Of a stretch of DNA of 64,000 nt, positions 12,410-24,436 are shown in pieces (position 1 is the first letter of the stretch; every line of letters begins with the position of its first letter). The notes beneath the pieces are model-generated. The model saw nothing but the letters and a program-made list of their open reading frames with translations. It ran no database searches and was not told where the DNA came from. This DNA comes from Squalus acanthias. Taxonomy: Eukaryota. The translations under genes and the position numbers were made by a program. Where the stretch lies: the NCBI GenBank assembly GCA_030390025.1, contig CM059432.1, positions 66,156,001-66,220,000 of the forward strand, read 5' to 3'.

Positions 12410-13040
12410 AAGAACATAAGAACATAAGAATTAGGAACAGGAGTAGGCCATACGGCCTCTCGAGCCTGCTCCGCCATTCAATAAGATCATGACTGATCCT
12501 TGATCTCAACTCCACTTTCCCGCATGATCTCCATATCCCTTGATTCCCCTGGAGTCCAAAAATCTATCTATCTCAGCCTTGAATATACACAATGACTCAG
12601 CATCCACAACCCTTTGTGGTGGAGATTCACCACCCTCTGAGTGAAGAAATTCCTCCTCATCTCAGTCTTAAAAGGCCGACCCTTTATCCCGAGACTATGC
12701 TCCCTAGTTCTAGACACTCCAGCCAGAGGAAACAATCTCTCAACATGTACCCTGTCAATCCCCCTCAGAATCTTATATGTTTTAATGTGATCACCTCTCA
12801 TTCTTCTAAATTCCAGAGAGTATAGGTCCAATCTACTCAATCTCTCCTCATAGGACAACCCTCTAATCCCAAGAATCAATCTAGTGAACCTTCATTGCAC
12901 TGCCTCTAAGGCAAGTATATCCTTCCTTAGATAAGGAGACCAAGACTGTGCACAGTACTCCAGGTGTGGTCTCACCAAAGACCTGTACAATTGTAGCAAG
13001 ACTTCCTTACTCCTGTACGCCAACCCTCTTGCAATAAAGG
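12410..13040 (-). mobile_element. CR1 LINE 3' fragment
   Basis: ORF 12568-12879 (LSYEERL..LYSLEFRRMRGD..FFTQRVVN) and an (AAGAACAT)n tail. Flanks ATATTTATTGATT (12397-12409) and ACATTAATTGATT (13041-13053) form an 11/13 TSD. Confidence 0.92.
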
Positions 13041-14455
13041 ACATTAATTGATTGTAGCTGTCCTGGCTTAATGCCAGAAAGCCTAACTTTACACTGAATT
13101 AGGGATTAGGGGTTTACTGAGGAGGCAAAGTACTTATGCGCTGTCAGTTCAGTTGGCGTAAACGCTTTTACCATAAATATATTTGCTGTCCTCGCAACGA
13201 ACCTCTCTTATCCATATACCTGATATAAAATGTGCCTTCTATCATTCCATCAAGACAGACACCACTGATCAATCAGTCCAAATAAACTGTGGTTCTAGCT
13301 CATCGTTTATAATACTTCCATCTTCAAATCTAAACCGGCATTTTTTCAAGAGCTCACTGTTTCAATTAAAAGTCCTGAAATAAAAATTACAAACTGAAGA
13401 GTAATACAGATTTTGTTTGCTTAGCGTAGTAAATCTTAACAGCATTTGCTTAATTTCTATGGGAATTTTATAACTCCAAGAAGTAAGAAGATCTAAATTT
13501 CAACATTATTCCTACTGATTCTGTTTATTAGCAATATTAGAAGCATTTGGAGAAAAAGCTTAAGGCTACAAAACTGCACAATTGTTCAATCAGAATGTGT
13601 TCTAACATACAGGTAGGAACTAATTAAACTTGCTTGCTAAAGAACACTCAGTAACGGCCATTATAAAGAAGAGCGATATTAAATTTATCGCACTGCAGGT
13701 CAATTACAGGACTGTGTCATGCTCATGTGACACTGCGCTCCATTCTTCTCCCTAGGACTCTGGCTGAGTACATAACCCACATATTCCTCTGCTGTCTTTA
13801 TTATCTATATAATGGATAGCACTTGGAATAATGTTTTAAAAGTAGGGTTATTTAGCTTTTAGCTGTAAGTAGGAAAAATAAAATTATTAAGCAATTTGGG
13901 GCTATGCATAAAACAAAGCACAGCACTAGAATACAATGGGAATATTAGAGAGGATACGAGTTTGTGCTGTTGCCTATCCTTCTACAGAAATGGGGCTAGG
14001 TAATAGGGATACAGGATCCTACAGCAGTACTATGCGCATGTAGGTCCACTTAAATTACTTAAGTCCTAGAGTAATTCACCGATTTCACCCACTGACACTG
14101 GCAACATTATTTAGTAGCGAGCATCCAAAAAAAGACTGACTAAAAATGGTCTCTTGTGCAACTAAAAAAGCCTTGAGGTTCATGAGCAATGATTTGATGC
14201 AGAATTTATAATATGGTATACTTTGAAGAAGGTTCTAGGATGTATCACGTAATGCAGTCCAAATAGTTGTCAAATTCCAGAATAGCTTACCGTATCAGTA
14301 ATATGCATAAGCTCAAGTAAATGATTTTCAGAATGGATAATTTTATTATTGATTGTACTATTCTAAACTAGTATATTACAATATTATTGCTTATTAAACC
14401 TAAAGAAATTAGGAGAAACAAAGAAACTGAAGAGAAAATGCACTACCAAACAGGT

Positions 14456-16808
14456 CAACAACAACAACTTGTATTTATATAGCATCTTTAACGTAGTAAA
14501 ACATCCCAAGGCACTTCACAGGAGTATTAAAAGACAAAAAACATTAGCACCGAGCCACATAAGGAAAAATTAGGGCAGGTGATCAAAAGCTTGGTCAAAG
14601 AGATAAGTTTAAAGGATTGTCTTAAAGGAGGAAAGAGAGGTAGCAAGGCGAAGAGGTTTAGGGAGGGAATTCCAGAGCTAAGGGCCTAGGCAACAGAAGG
14701 CACGGCCACCAATGGTGGAGCAATTAAAATCAGGGATGCTAAAGAGGGCAGAATTAGAGGAGCGCAGATATCTCGGGGGGTTGTGGGGCTGAAGGAGATA
14801 ACAGAGATAGGGAGGGGCGAGGCCATGGAGGGATTTGAAAACAAGGATGAGAATTTTGAAATCGAGGCATTGCTTAATGGGGAGCCAATGTAGGTCAGCG
14901 AGCAAAGGGGTGACGGGTGAATGGGACTTGGTGCGAGTTAGGACATGGGCAGCCGAGTTTTGGATGACCTCAAGTTTACATAGGGTAGAATGTGGGAGGC
15001 CAGCCAGGAGTGCGTTGGAATAGTCAAGTCTAGAGGTAACAAAGGCATGGATGAGGGTTTCAGCAGCAGATGAGCTGAGGCAAGGGCGGAGATGGGCGAT
15101 GTTACGGAGGTGGAAATAGGCGGTCTTAGTTATGCTGTGGATATGTGGTCGGAAGCTCATTTCAGGGTCAAATATGACACCAAGGTTGCGAACAGTGTGG
15201 TTCAGCCTCAGACAGATGTTAGGGAGAGGGATGGAGTCAGTGGCTAGGGAACGGAGTTTGTGGTGGGGACCGAAAACAATGGCTTCGGTCTTCCCAATAT
15301 TTAATTGGAGAAAATTTCTGCTCATTCAGAACTGGATGTCGGACAAGAAGTCTGACAATTTAAAGACTGTGGAGGGGTCGAGAGAAGTGGTAGTGAGGTA
15401 GAGCTGGGTGTCGTCAGCGTACATTTGGAAACTGGCACTGTGTTTTCGGATGATGTCGCCAAGGGGCAACATGTAGATGAGAAATAGGAGGGGGCCAAGG
15501 ATAGATCCTTGGGGGACATCAGAGGTAATGATGCGGGAGCGGGAAGAGAAGCCGTTGCTAGTAATTCTCTGGTTATGATTAGATAGATAAGAATGGAACC
15601 AGGCGAGTGCAGTCCCACCCAGCTAGACGACGGTGGAGAGGCATTGGAAAAGGATGGAGTGGTCAACCATGTCAAAGGCTGCAGACAAGTCAAGAAGGAT
15701 GAGGAGGGATAGTTTACCTTTGTCACAGTCACAAAGGATGTCATTTGTGACTTTGATGAGAGCCGTTTTGGTACTGTGGTAAGGGCAGAAACCTGATTGG
15801 AGGGATTCAAACTCAATCTTAGAGACAAAGGAGTCAATGAGCTCCTCACACTTGTTGTCGGAGGTGAGGGTGGAGGAGACAGGGGAGAGCGGTTTAAGAA
15901 GACGGTTACAGTAGAGAATAGGAGCCGGGGCTTATCTTTGCATTCCAGAATGATTCTGGAATAGTGAGCAATTTTGGCAGGCGAGAGTAGGACCCGATAA
16001 TGCTTTATGTGGTGCAGCCAGGTCTGGCAGTGAATGGCTAAACCAGTTGTCTGCCATATCCGTTCAAGTCTGCGGCCCTGCGTCAAGGGAGCGAAGATGA
16101 GGGCCATGCCAGGGTGAGAGAGAGTAATTGTTTTAATAGGGACTAGGGCATCAAAGGTGGTGGTGAGGGTGTGGTTGAGCAGATCGGTAGCTGCAGAAAT
16201 GTCATGGTGAATGGAGGGCCAAAGGCTGGACAGTTGGGATTTCATAAGTGCAGTTGTAAGAGAGTTGGGAGAGAGTTTTATCCAGGGGCGGACACGGAAG
16301 GAAGTAGGGTTGAGGGGGGTGGAAGGGGGATGTGTGTGGAGAGCAATACATGGAAGTGGTCAGAGATGGCCTTATCTGCAATTGACACGATGGGAGTAGC
16401 GAGGCCACGAGAGATGGCAAGGTCAAGGGGGTGGGCGTGAATATGGGTCGGGGAGTTTACATGGAGGGAGAGATTAAGGGAGGATAGGAGGCTAGTGAAC
16501 TCCGAGGAGAGAGAGCATGGTGAATTGAGATGGAGGTTGAAATCACCGAGGATGTGAAGTCGTTCGGTGCAGAGGCTGAGGAAGGAGAGCAGTGAAGATA
16601 TCTCGGTAATAACATTTTTATGGTACTTGGGTGGGCGGTAGAGAACAAGAATTTTAAATGAGAGGTGAGAGGGGTGGAATAAGGTGAGATGCTCAAAGGA
16701 GGAGAAAGTGCCGGAGGTGTAGGGGGACAGACGAGAGCAGTGAAGATATCTCAGTAATAACATTTTTATGGTACTTGGGTGGGCGGTAAAGAACAAGAAT
16801 TTTAAATA
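14456..16808 (-). mobile_element. L2 LINE, 5'-truncated within the endonuclease
   Basis: ORF 14678-15325 (LQLNIGKTE, RNLGVIFD, SRLDYSN, LHWLPI) and APE motifs (YRPPK, LGDFNLH, SDH) in 16278-16730. (CAA)n tail at 14456. Confidence 0.93.
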
Positions 16809-17612
16809 GAAAAGAGAACTAGAAATCAAAATGAGAGGGGAACAAACACTTAAACCAGAAACCAGAATGAGAGAACTCGAAACAAGAACAGAAGGAAAGA
16901 GAACCAGGAAATAGAAAGAGAGGAGAAATAGAAGCAGAAATTGGAACAAGAGGGGGAAGAAAAACAGATTTGAGAATGAGAGGAGAAAATGAACTAAAAA
17001 ACAACAAGGTGAGGAGGAAGAGAAACAGAATACAGAATGATAAGGAAAAGCGAAAACAAACCAGAACACAAGGGGGAAAAAAACAGAAATGAGAAGAAGA
17101 AGGGTACAAGAACGGGAAATCAGAAAAAGGGGGTAAAGAGGAAGAGAATTCGAAGTGAGAGGGGTAAGAAAATGAGAGGGAAAAGAGAAACAGAAATCAA
17201 AATAAGAGGGAAATGAGAACTGGAAATCAGAATAAGAAGTGAAAGAAAACCAAAAACCAGAACAAGAGGGGAAAGAGAGTTAAAATTCAAAATGAAGTGG
17301 AAAATGAACCTAGATCAGAACAAGGGAGAAATGAGAACTAGAAACTAAAATAAAAGAGAAAAGGGAACCAGAAATTAGAACTATGTATTGGAATGAGGAA
17401 GAAAGGGACCAGAATCAGAACAAAAGGAAAACAAACCATTAATCAGACTAGAAATCAGAATAAGTGTGGAAGCTAATCAGAAATCACAATGCAAGGGAAA
17501 AGAGAAATAGAAATTAGAAGAAGATTGGAAAATGAACCAGAAATCAGACCGAGAAATGTAAAGGATTAGAAATGAGAATGAAATGAAAAAGTGAAACAGA
17601 AGCCAGAACATA
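16808..17612 (+). repeat. Degenerate purine-rich minisatellite, unit about 30 bp
   Basis: Consecutive units such as GGGAAAAGAGAAACAGAAATCAAAATAAGA and GGGAAATGAGAACTGGAAATCAGAATAAGA. It continues at about 17775-17810, with an inverted piece at about 17875-17925. Confidence 0.8.
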
Positions 17613-17614
17613 AT

Positions 17615-17772
17615 GGGATAGATTTTGACTTTGTGTGATAATGTAAAACGGATGATAGCAAATCGGTAGTCTGTTTTACATCTCTCCTGATATAAATCGG
17701 AAGAGATGTAAAATGGGCAGCCAATTCACTATCACCTGTTTTACACTATTGCACAAAGTCAAAATCTACCCC
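17615..17772. mobile_element. Fold-back (hairpin) MITE
   Basis: The left half GGGATAGATTTTGACTTTGTG... is an imperfect reverse complement of the right half ...CACAAAGTCAAAATCTACCCC over about 75 bp. Confidence 0.8.
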
Positions 17773-18747
17773 ATGAATTAAAAATCAAAACAAGAGGGAA
17801 AGGAGAATTATTCTTCAGTGTTCATCCTGCACACATCACTCGGATGAGATGAGCAGGCACTGGGGTATCTATTCCTTTTATTCAGATTTCTAGTCCTCTT
17901 TCCCCTCTTGTTCTGATTTCTAGTTCAGATCAGGTCAACTGGAAGACTGGGCAGCCTGTCTTTCAATTGGAAACACTGATTCCTCTCTGCATATCCTCAG
18001 GGTCTTTTAAAAGACCTGGATAGAAGTGGTGAAGGTGATTTTGATAACCTTTTATTGGTTCTCAGACATCTTGCACATTGTCCCATATTGAGTTTGAGAG
18101 CAGGAAGAAATCACATGGGGTAGTCCACTGATGTCACAGTGCCATAACATCACAAGCCTCTTAAAGGACAGGTTGTCCTTCATGTGCTAATTTTCCCTCG
18201 GAAATGTAAAAAGTGCTGGCTCTCTCAGTGGTGTGTGGAGAATGCTCCCTTAGAAGAAGGATGAAGGTAGGCAATCTCTCTTTCTTGGAAAACCTTAAAA
18301 ACTTCAATGTTTTCAAAGTAAATAATTACTTTCTTTTTCATATTTGAATCAGTTAATTTTCGATTCCAGACATTTAATGTTCCAAATTGCCACCTGCAAG
18401 CTAGAAAAGCTTAAAATTTGGACAATTATAAAAATCACAGTATGCTAGTCACACTAAACCTCCTGGCTTTCAGCAGGAGATTGAAAAATTTACATGCTGG
18501 TGCAATAACTGTTCAGGCAAGAGGGTTCTGGTAAAACAAGCACACTGGTTTATCTACATAAGGAAAGAATGTGTTGTTGAGAAAGCTGCTTTCAGTCTTC
18601 AAAATTGTTCCTATTGTGAAATCTAGTGCAGAAGTCATCGCTATGCTTATACCATGTGAGTTTAGCAGAGCAACGTATACACATGAACAAAGTTTCTTCT
18701 GATGCAACAATCAATACGAAACTGTCCCATCTGCTCAGCTTAGTGCC

Positions 18748-19091
18748 AGTTTAGCTCAGTTGGTAGCATTCTGGCATACAGGTCAAAATTGTGGGTTCAA
18801 GCCCCATGTCAAGGTATATGCTCACAATCTAGGCTGATCCTCCAGTGCAATGCTGAGGCAGTGCTGGATTGTCAAAAGTGCCTTCAGGCAATTCATTAAT
18901 CCAAGGTTGTTTTTGCCTGCTCCAGTGATTCAGGTTAATATTAAATATCCCATGGCACTATTCAAGAAAAGGAAGCAGTTCTCCTGGTGCCATAGCCAAC
19001 AATCTCTCCTCACACCGCTTATGAATAACAGATTAACTGCTCATTCATTTGTGGGACATTGCTGATGCAGAATGGCTGCTTCATTTGCTTA
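18748..19091 (+). mobile_element. tRNA-derived SINE (Deu-domain-like body), 5' part; its tail resumes at 22436-22527 after a CR1 insertion
   Basis: A-box TAGCTCAGTTGG and B-box GGTTCAAGCCC. The body is homologous to 54093-54312. The tail at 22436-22527 resembles the SINE tails at 30090-30250 and 31220-31325. Confidence 0.75.
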
Positions 19092-22000
19092 TCATAGAAT
19101 CATAGAACTTTACGGCACAGAAGGAGGCCATTTGACTCACAGGCCCAGAAATTCCGTTCCCTACAGGTGTGTACGCGCTGTGTACTCACCCGTAGGGCCA
19201 ACGGAAGTGCCGGTTTTAGGCATGCACTGCGCATGCGCTGGAAACTGGAACTTCTGTTCTGTGAAGAAAGGGCTTGACTGGTCAAACGCCTGCGCCGGAT
19301 AGGCAGCGCGTACGGCTGAAACTTCCATTTTTTTCACAGTTGCTTCAGTCCACGTAAGTCGGAAACAGCTGCGCCTAGAAAAGCAGGCGCAAGGCCTGCT
19401 TTTACCAGGCTAATAGTTGAAGAAAGTTAAAAAAAAAAATTTTTCCACTGATTTATCATTTTAAAATACTTTAAAGAAAGGTAAGTTTATTTTTAGCCCC
19501 GTTAAAAACTTTAATTATTTTTTTCAAAAATTAAAATTTTTGTTTAAAATAGTTAATTTATGTAATTTATATTCATTTTAAAAATGTGATGTTTTCTTTA
19601 AAATTTATTTGAAGTTTTACTTAGGTTTTGGGGCTGATCTCTATTCATAGATTTGACAGGTCTTCCTGTCAAATCTATGAATGGAGATTCCCTGCTCTGA
19701 TTGGCTCCCCATGGCCCACGTGATCCCAGGGACGCTGCGAACTACCTGCACCCCTGGGATACACGTGCCCTACACACCGGCAGTTTGAAGAGGCACAGCA
19801 ACGGAATTCTGCGCCTCCCGGGAGCCCTCCGGTCCAGGCGGAGATTTTTCCAAATCGCAGCCCTCCGCCCGCGGGAGGGCTGCGAACGGAATTTCTGGGC
19901 CAATGTCTGTGCCGGCTGAAAAAGAGCTATCCAGCCTAATCTCACTTTCCAGCTCTTGGTTCATAGCCTTGTAGGTTATGGCACTTCAAGTGCATATCCA
20001 GTACTTTTTAAATGTGATGAGCGTTTCTGCCTCTATCACCCTTTCAGGCAGTGAGTTCCAGACCCCACAACCCTCTGGGTGAAAAAAGTTCTCCCCAACT
20101 CTCCTCTAATCCTTCTACCAATTACTTTAAATCTATGCCCCTGGTTATTGACCTCTCTGCTAGGGGAAATAGGTCCTTCCTATCCACTCTATCAAGGCCC
20201 CTCATAATTTTATATGCCTCAATCAAGCCTCCCCTCAGTCTCCTCTTTTCCAAAGAAAACAACCCCAGCCTATCCAATCTTTACTCATAGCTAAAATCCT
20301 CCAGTCCTGGCAAAATCCTTGTAAATCTCCTCTGTACCCTTTCCAGTGCAATCACATCTTTCCTGTAATGTGGTGACCAGAACTGTACACAGTACTCTAG
20401 CTGTAGCCTAACTAGTGTTTTATACAGTTCAAGCATAACCTCCCTGCTCTTATATTCTATGCCTCAGCTAACAAAGGAAAGTATCCCGTATGCCTTCTTA
20501 ACCACCTTATCTACCTGTCCTGTTACCTTCAGCGATCTGTGGACATGCACTCCAAGGTCCCTCTGTTCCTCAACACTTCTCAGTATCCTACCATTTATTG
20601 TGTATTCCCTTGCCTTGTTTAGCCCTCCCCAAATGCATTACCTCACACTTCTCTGGATTGAATTCCATTTGACACTTTTCTGCTCAACTGCTCAGTCCAT
20701 TGATATCTTCCTGCAGTCTACAACTTTCTTCCTCACTATCAACCACACAGCCAATTTTTGTATCATCTGCCAGCTTCTTAATCATGCCCCCTACATTGAA
20801 GTCTAAATCATTGATATATAGCACAAAAAGCAAGGGACCTAGTACTGAGCCCTGTGGAACTCCACTGGAAACAGCTTTCCAGTCACAATAACATCTGTCG
20901 ACCATTACCCTTTGCTTCTTGCCACTGAGCCAAAGTTGGATCCAACTTGCCACTTTCCCTGGATCCCCTGGGCTTTTATTTTTCTGACCAGTCTGTCATG
21001 TGGAACCTTTTCAAAAGCCTTGTTAAAGTCCATGTAGACTACCTAAAATGTTCTACCCTCATCAACCCTCCTTGTTACCTCCTCAAAAAATTAAATCAAG
21101 TTAGTCAGACATGACTTTCCCTTAATAAATCCATGCTGACTGTCCTTGATTAATCCGTGCCTTTCTAAGTGGCAATTAATATTGTCCCTCAGAATTTTTT
21201 CCAACAATTTGCCCACCACCGAGGTCAGGCTGACTGGCCTGTAATTACTCGGTCTATCCCTTTCTCCCTTTTTAAACAATGGTACAACGTTCGCAGTCCT
21301 CCAGTCCTCCGGCACCACACCTGTAGCCAGAGAGGATTAGAAAATGGTCAGAGGATGGTCAGAGCCACCGCTATTTCCTCGCTTGCTTCTCTTAACAGCC
21401 TGGGATACATTTCGTCCGGGCCTGGCGATTTATATACTTTCAAAGATGCTAAATCCCTCACTACTTCCTCTCTCACTAATATTTTACACTCCTCCTCAAC
21501 TTCAACGTCTGCATCGTCCCTCTTTTTTGTAAAGACAGACGCAAAGTATTCATTAAGAACCATACCCACGTATTCCACCTCCACACACAAGCTTCCTTTT
21601 TGGTCTCTAATAGGCCCTATTCTTTCTTTAGTTATCCTCTTGCTCTTTATGTATTTATAAAACATCTTTGTGTTTTCCTTGATTTTACTTGCCATTATTT
21701 TTACATGCTTTCTCTTTGCTTTCCTAATTTCCTTTTTAATTTCACCCCTGCACTTTCTATACTCCTCTAGGCTTTCTGCAGTATTTAGCTCTCGGTATCT
21801 GACATAAGCTTCCCTTTTTTTCCTTATCCTACCCTGTATGCACCTTGACATTCAAGTAGCTGTTTCCAGTCCACTTTTGCTAAATCACATCTCAGATGAG
21901 TAAAATTGGCCTTTCCTCAATCGAGAACTTTTACTCCTGGTCTATCTTTGTCCTTTTTCATAACTACACTAAATCTAACTGAATTATGATCACTACCACC

Positions 22001-22435
22001 AAACTACTCTCCCACTGATACTCCTTCTACCTGCCGAGCTTCATTCCATAAAACCAAGTCCAGAACCGTTCCCTCTCTTGTTGGGCTTGCTACATACTGG
22101 CTAAAAAAGTTCTCCTGAATGCATTTTAAGAATTCTGCACCCTCTATATCTTTTACACTGATTCTATCCCAATTAATATTAGGGTAGTTGAAATCCCCTA
22201 CTATTACTGCCCTATTGTTTTTGCACTTCTCAGAAATTTGCCTACATATTTGCTCTTCTATCTCCATCTGACTATTTGGGGGTCTATAGTACACTCCCAG
22301 CATTGTGATTGCCCCTTTTTTGTTCTTCAGTTCAACCCATATGGCCTCATTTGATGATCCTCCTAAAATATCATCCCTCCTCACAGCTGTAATTGTTTCT
22401 TTAACCAATATTGCGACCCCCCCTCCTTTTTTATC
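19092..22435 (-). mobile_element. CR1 LINE, degraded ORF2 (APE to 3' tail), with a MITE nested in its 3' end
   Basis: APE (YYRPPN, VGDFNYP), KSPGPD, NYRPVSLTS, QHGF, GVPQGSVLGP and LADD motifs in ORFs 22004-22408, 21348-21851, 21091-21318 and 20684-20953. (CATAGAAT)n tail at 19092. Confidence 0.93.
19142..19901. mobile_element. Harbinger-type MITE with perfect 18-bp TIRs
   Basis: GGCCCAGAAATTCCGTTC ... GAACGGAATTTCTGGGCC, with CpG-rich ends and an AT-rich core. The TSD is not clean (ACA/AAT). Confidence 0.85.
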
Positions 22436-23099
22436 AACAGTAACTGCACCAAAAAGTAACTAATTGTGTGAAGCACTTTGAGAGATTTAAACATAATAAG
22501 GTGGTATATAAATCAAGTATTTTTTTTCAATCACATGTGTGTCTCTCCACATACTAATAAGTTTATTAGATGACATTTCTGCCACACCAAGACAAAAACT
22601 TGCCTTCTCTCACTCCAGCAATGCCTCATATAGATAATGGGGGAAAAATTGGGCTGTGTAGTGCCCATATTTTAGGCGCTATGCGGCCACCTAACGCCCA
22701 GAAATGGGGTCCGTGATCCAACGGGAAGTGCGTAGGACACCATATTGGTAAAGGGGTTTGTGATCGTGCACCTAGCGACAGCCTGCAGAGCAGGCAGATC
22801 ATGACGCGAATCAGTGTGCAATGCTGATTTGATGCCAGTGCTGCCATTTTCCAACTAAACACTTGTGCCAATGCCCTGTCTTAACCTTGCACAGCTGAAC
22901 AGACATTAAATGGAATGAAGGACCTCACAGCAGTGTTAGTTGCTGGATTATTTGTTCTGAATGCTGGTGCAATTGTACGCATTTTGGAGCTTTCCTATAC
23001 TTGGCTAAAGTTTGAATAGTTTATAGGGTCTGGGCTGGGTGGTGCTGAAATACTTTTTCATTCATTTAAAAGCTTGTCCTGATACAAGATACTTCCAGA

Positions 23100-24265
23100 C
23101 ATTGGTGGCCTGGTACGGCTTCTTCCTCTGGGAATTGAACATGACTGGAAGAATGAAGAGATGCCACACAGAGCAAGAAAAGCTGCTAGAAGAGGGAGGA
23201 GGAGAGAGGAGGGGAGAAGGGCTTGCAGCAGGAAGCCATATCCGTGTAGGGTCATTAGGGTGCAATTCTCTTCCCTCAACCTCAGTGAGGCTCAATGCAT
23301 GAGACGTCTTCACTTCACAAAAGAGGACATGACTGAAATCTGCCAAGTGCTGCAGGCACAACCTCAAAGCAGGGCAAGGACAGCATTGCCTGAGGCTTCA
23401 AAGGTGACCGTTCACCTTAACTTTTATGCGTTTGGCTCCTTCCAGGCTGCTGCTGGGGATATAAGCAACATCTCACAGTTTGCATACATTGCTGCATAAG
23501 GGAGGTCACTGAGACTCTCTACACACAGAGAAACAGTTTAATCTCATTCCCTCTTGCCAGAGGTAAGCAGGCGGAGCGAGCACGAGGGTTTGCATGGATT
23601 GCAGGCTTCCCCATGATGCAGGGTGCCAGTGACTGCCGCGCATTGCCTTGCATGCGCCTCATATGAACATGGCCATTTTCATGAGCGAAAGGTGCTCCCT
23701 CAATGTGCAGCTGGTGTGCGACCTCAGGCAGCGCATCAAGCAGGTGACTGCCCGTTATCCTGGCAGTAGTCATGATTCCTTCATTCTGTGACAGTCCTCT
23801 GTGCCACCTGCATTTGACCCACCACAGCAAGTCAAATTATGGCTACTGGGCGACAAGGGTTATCCACTGACATGGCTCATGACACCAGTTCGGAACCCAC
23901 GCACACGTGCACAGCAGGCCTACAATGAGAGCTATGCTGCCACAAGGAACATTATAGAGCACACCATCGCCATCCTCAAGCAACACTTCCGCTGCCTGGA
24001 CTGCTCTGGAGGAGCCCTGCAGTACTCAGCTGAGCAGGTATCAAGATTTGCAGTAGTAAGCTGCATGCTGCAGAACCTCGCCATTATGAGGGAACAGCCC
24101 TTGCCACCACCTATGAGGTGAGAAGTTGAGGAGCAGAAGGAAGTGGAGGTGGAGGAAGTGCAACAGGAAGTGGAGGAACATGAAGAAGAAGATAGGCTAC
24201 AATGTAGACAGCCGCTTTCTGCCCGAGATCTACGTGACCAAATAATTCACGAGCAATACCAGTAA
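23100..24265 (+). pseudogene. Harbinger DDE transposase (HARBI1-like), frameshifted and with stops
   Basis: LNFYAFGSFQ, GFPMMQGASDC (GAIDC-like), LNVQLVCD, YPGSSHDSFIL, WLLGDKGYPL, RNIIEHTIAILKQHFRCL, CMLQNL and an acidic tail. The start position is approximate. Confidence 0.92.
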
Positions 24266-24436
24266 CCTCAACCACACCTCCCCACTCACCAACAGTCCCA
24301 TGCTCCTTACCTTTCCTCTATCACTGATCATCACATCATCCTTTTGCCGATAACACAAAAATAAAAACCACCAGAGAATGCACATTCTAATCCAATTTAA
24401 TAAATTCAATCATTATATAATGTATACAAAAATAAT

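Noticed and set aside
16278..17109. Hydrophobic 263-aa and 96-aa ORFs as membrane proteins
   Set aside because: They are antisense translations of the purine-rich minisatellite fused to L2 endonuclease sequence.
18748..18810. tRNA gene
   Set aside because: A and B boxes are present but there is no cloverleaf, and the sequence continues into a SINE body.
23161..24121. Domesticated host HARBI1 gene
   Set aside because: It has frameshifts and stops, and lies between TIRs/TSD with a convergent Myb gene, so it is a transposon copy.
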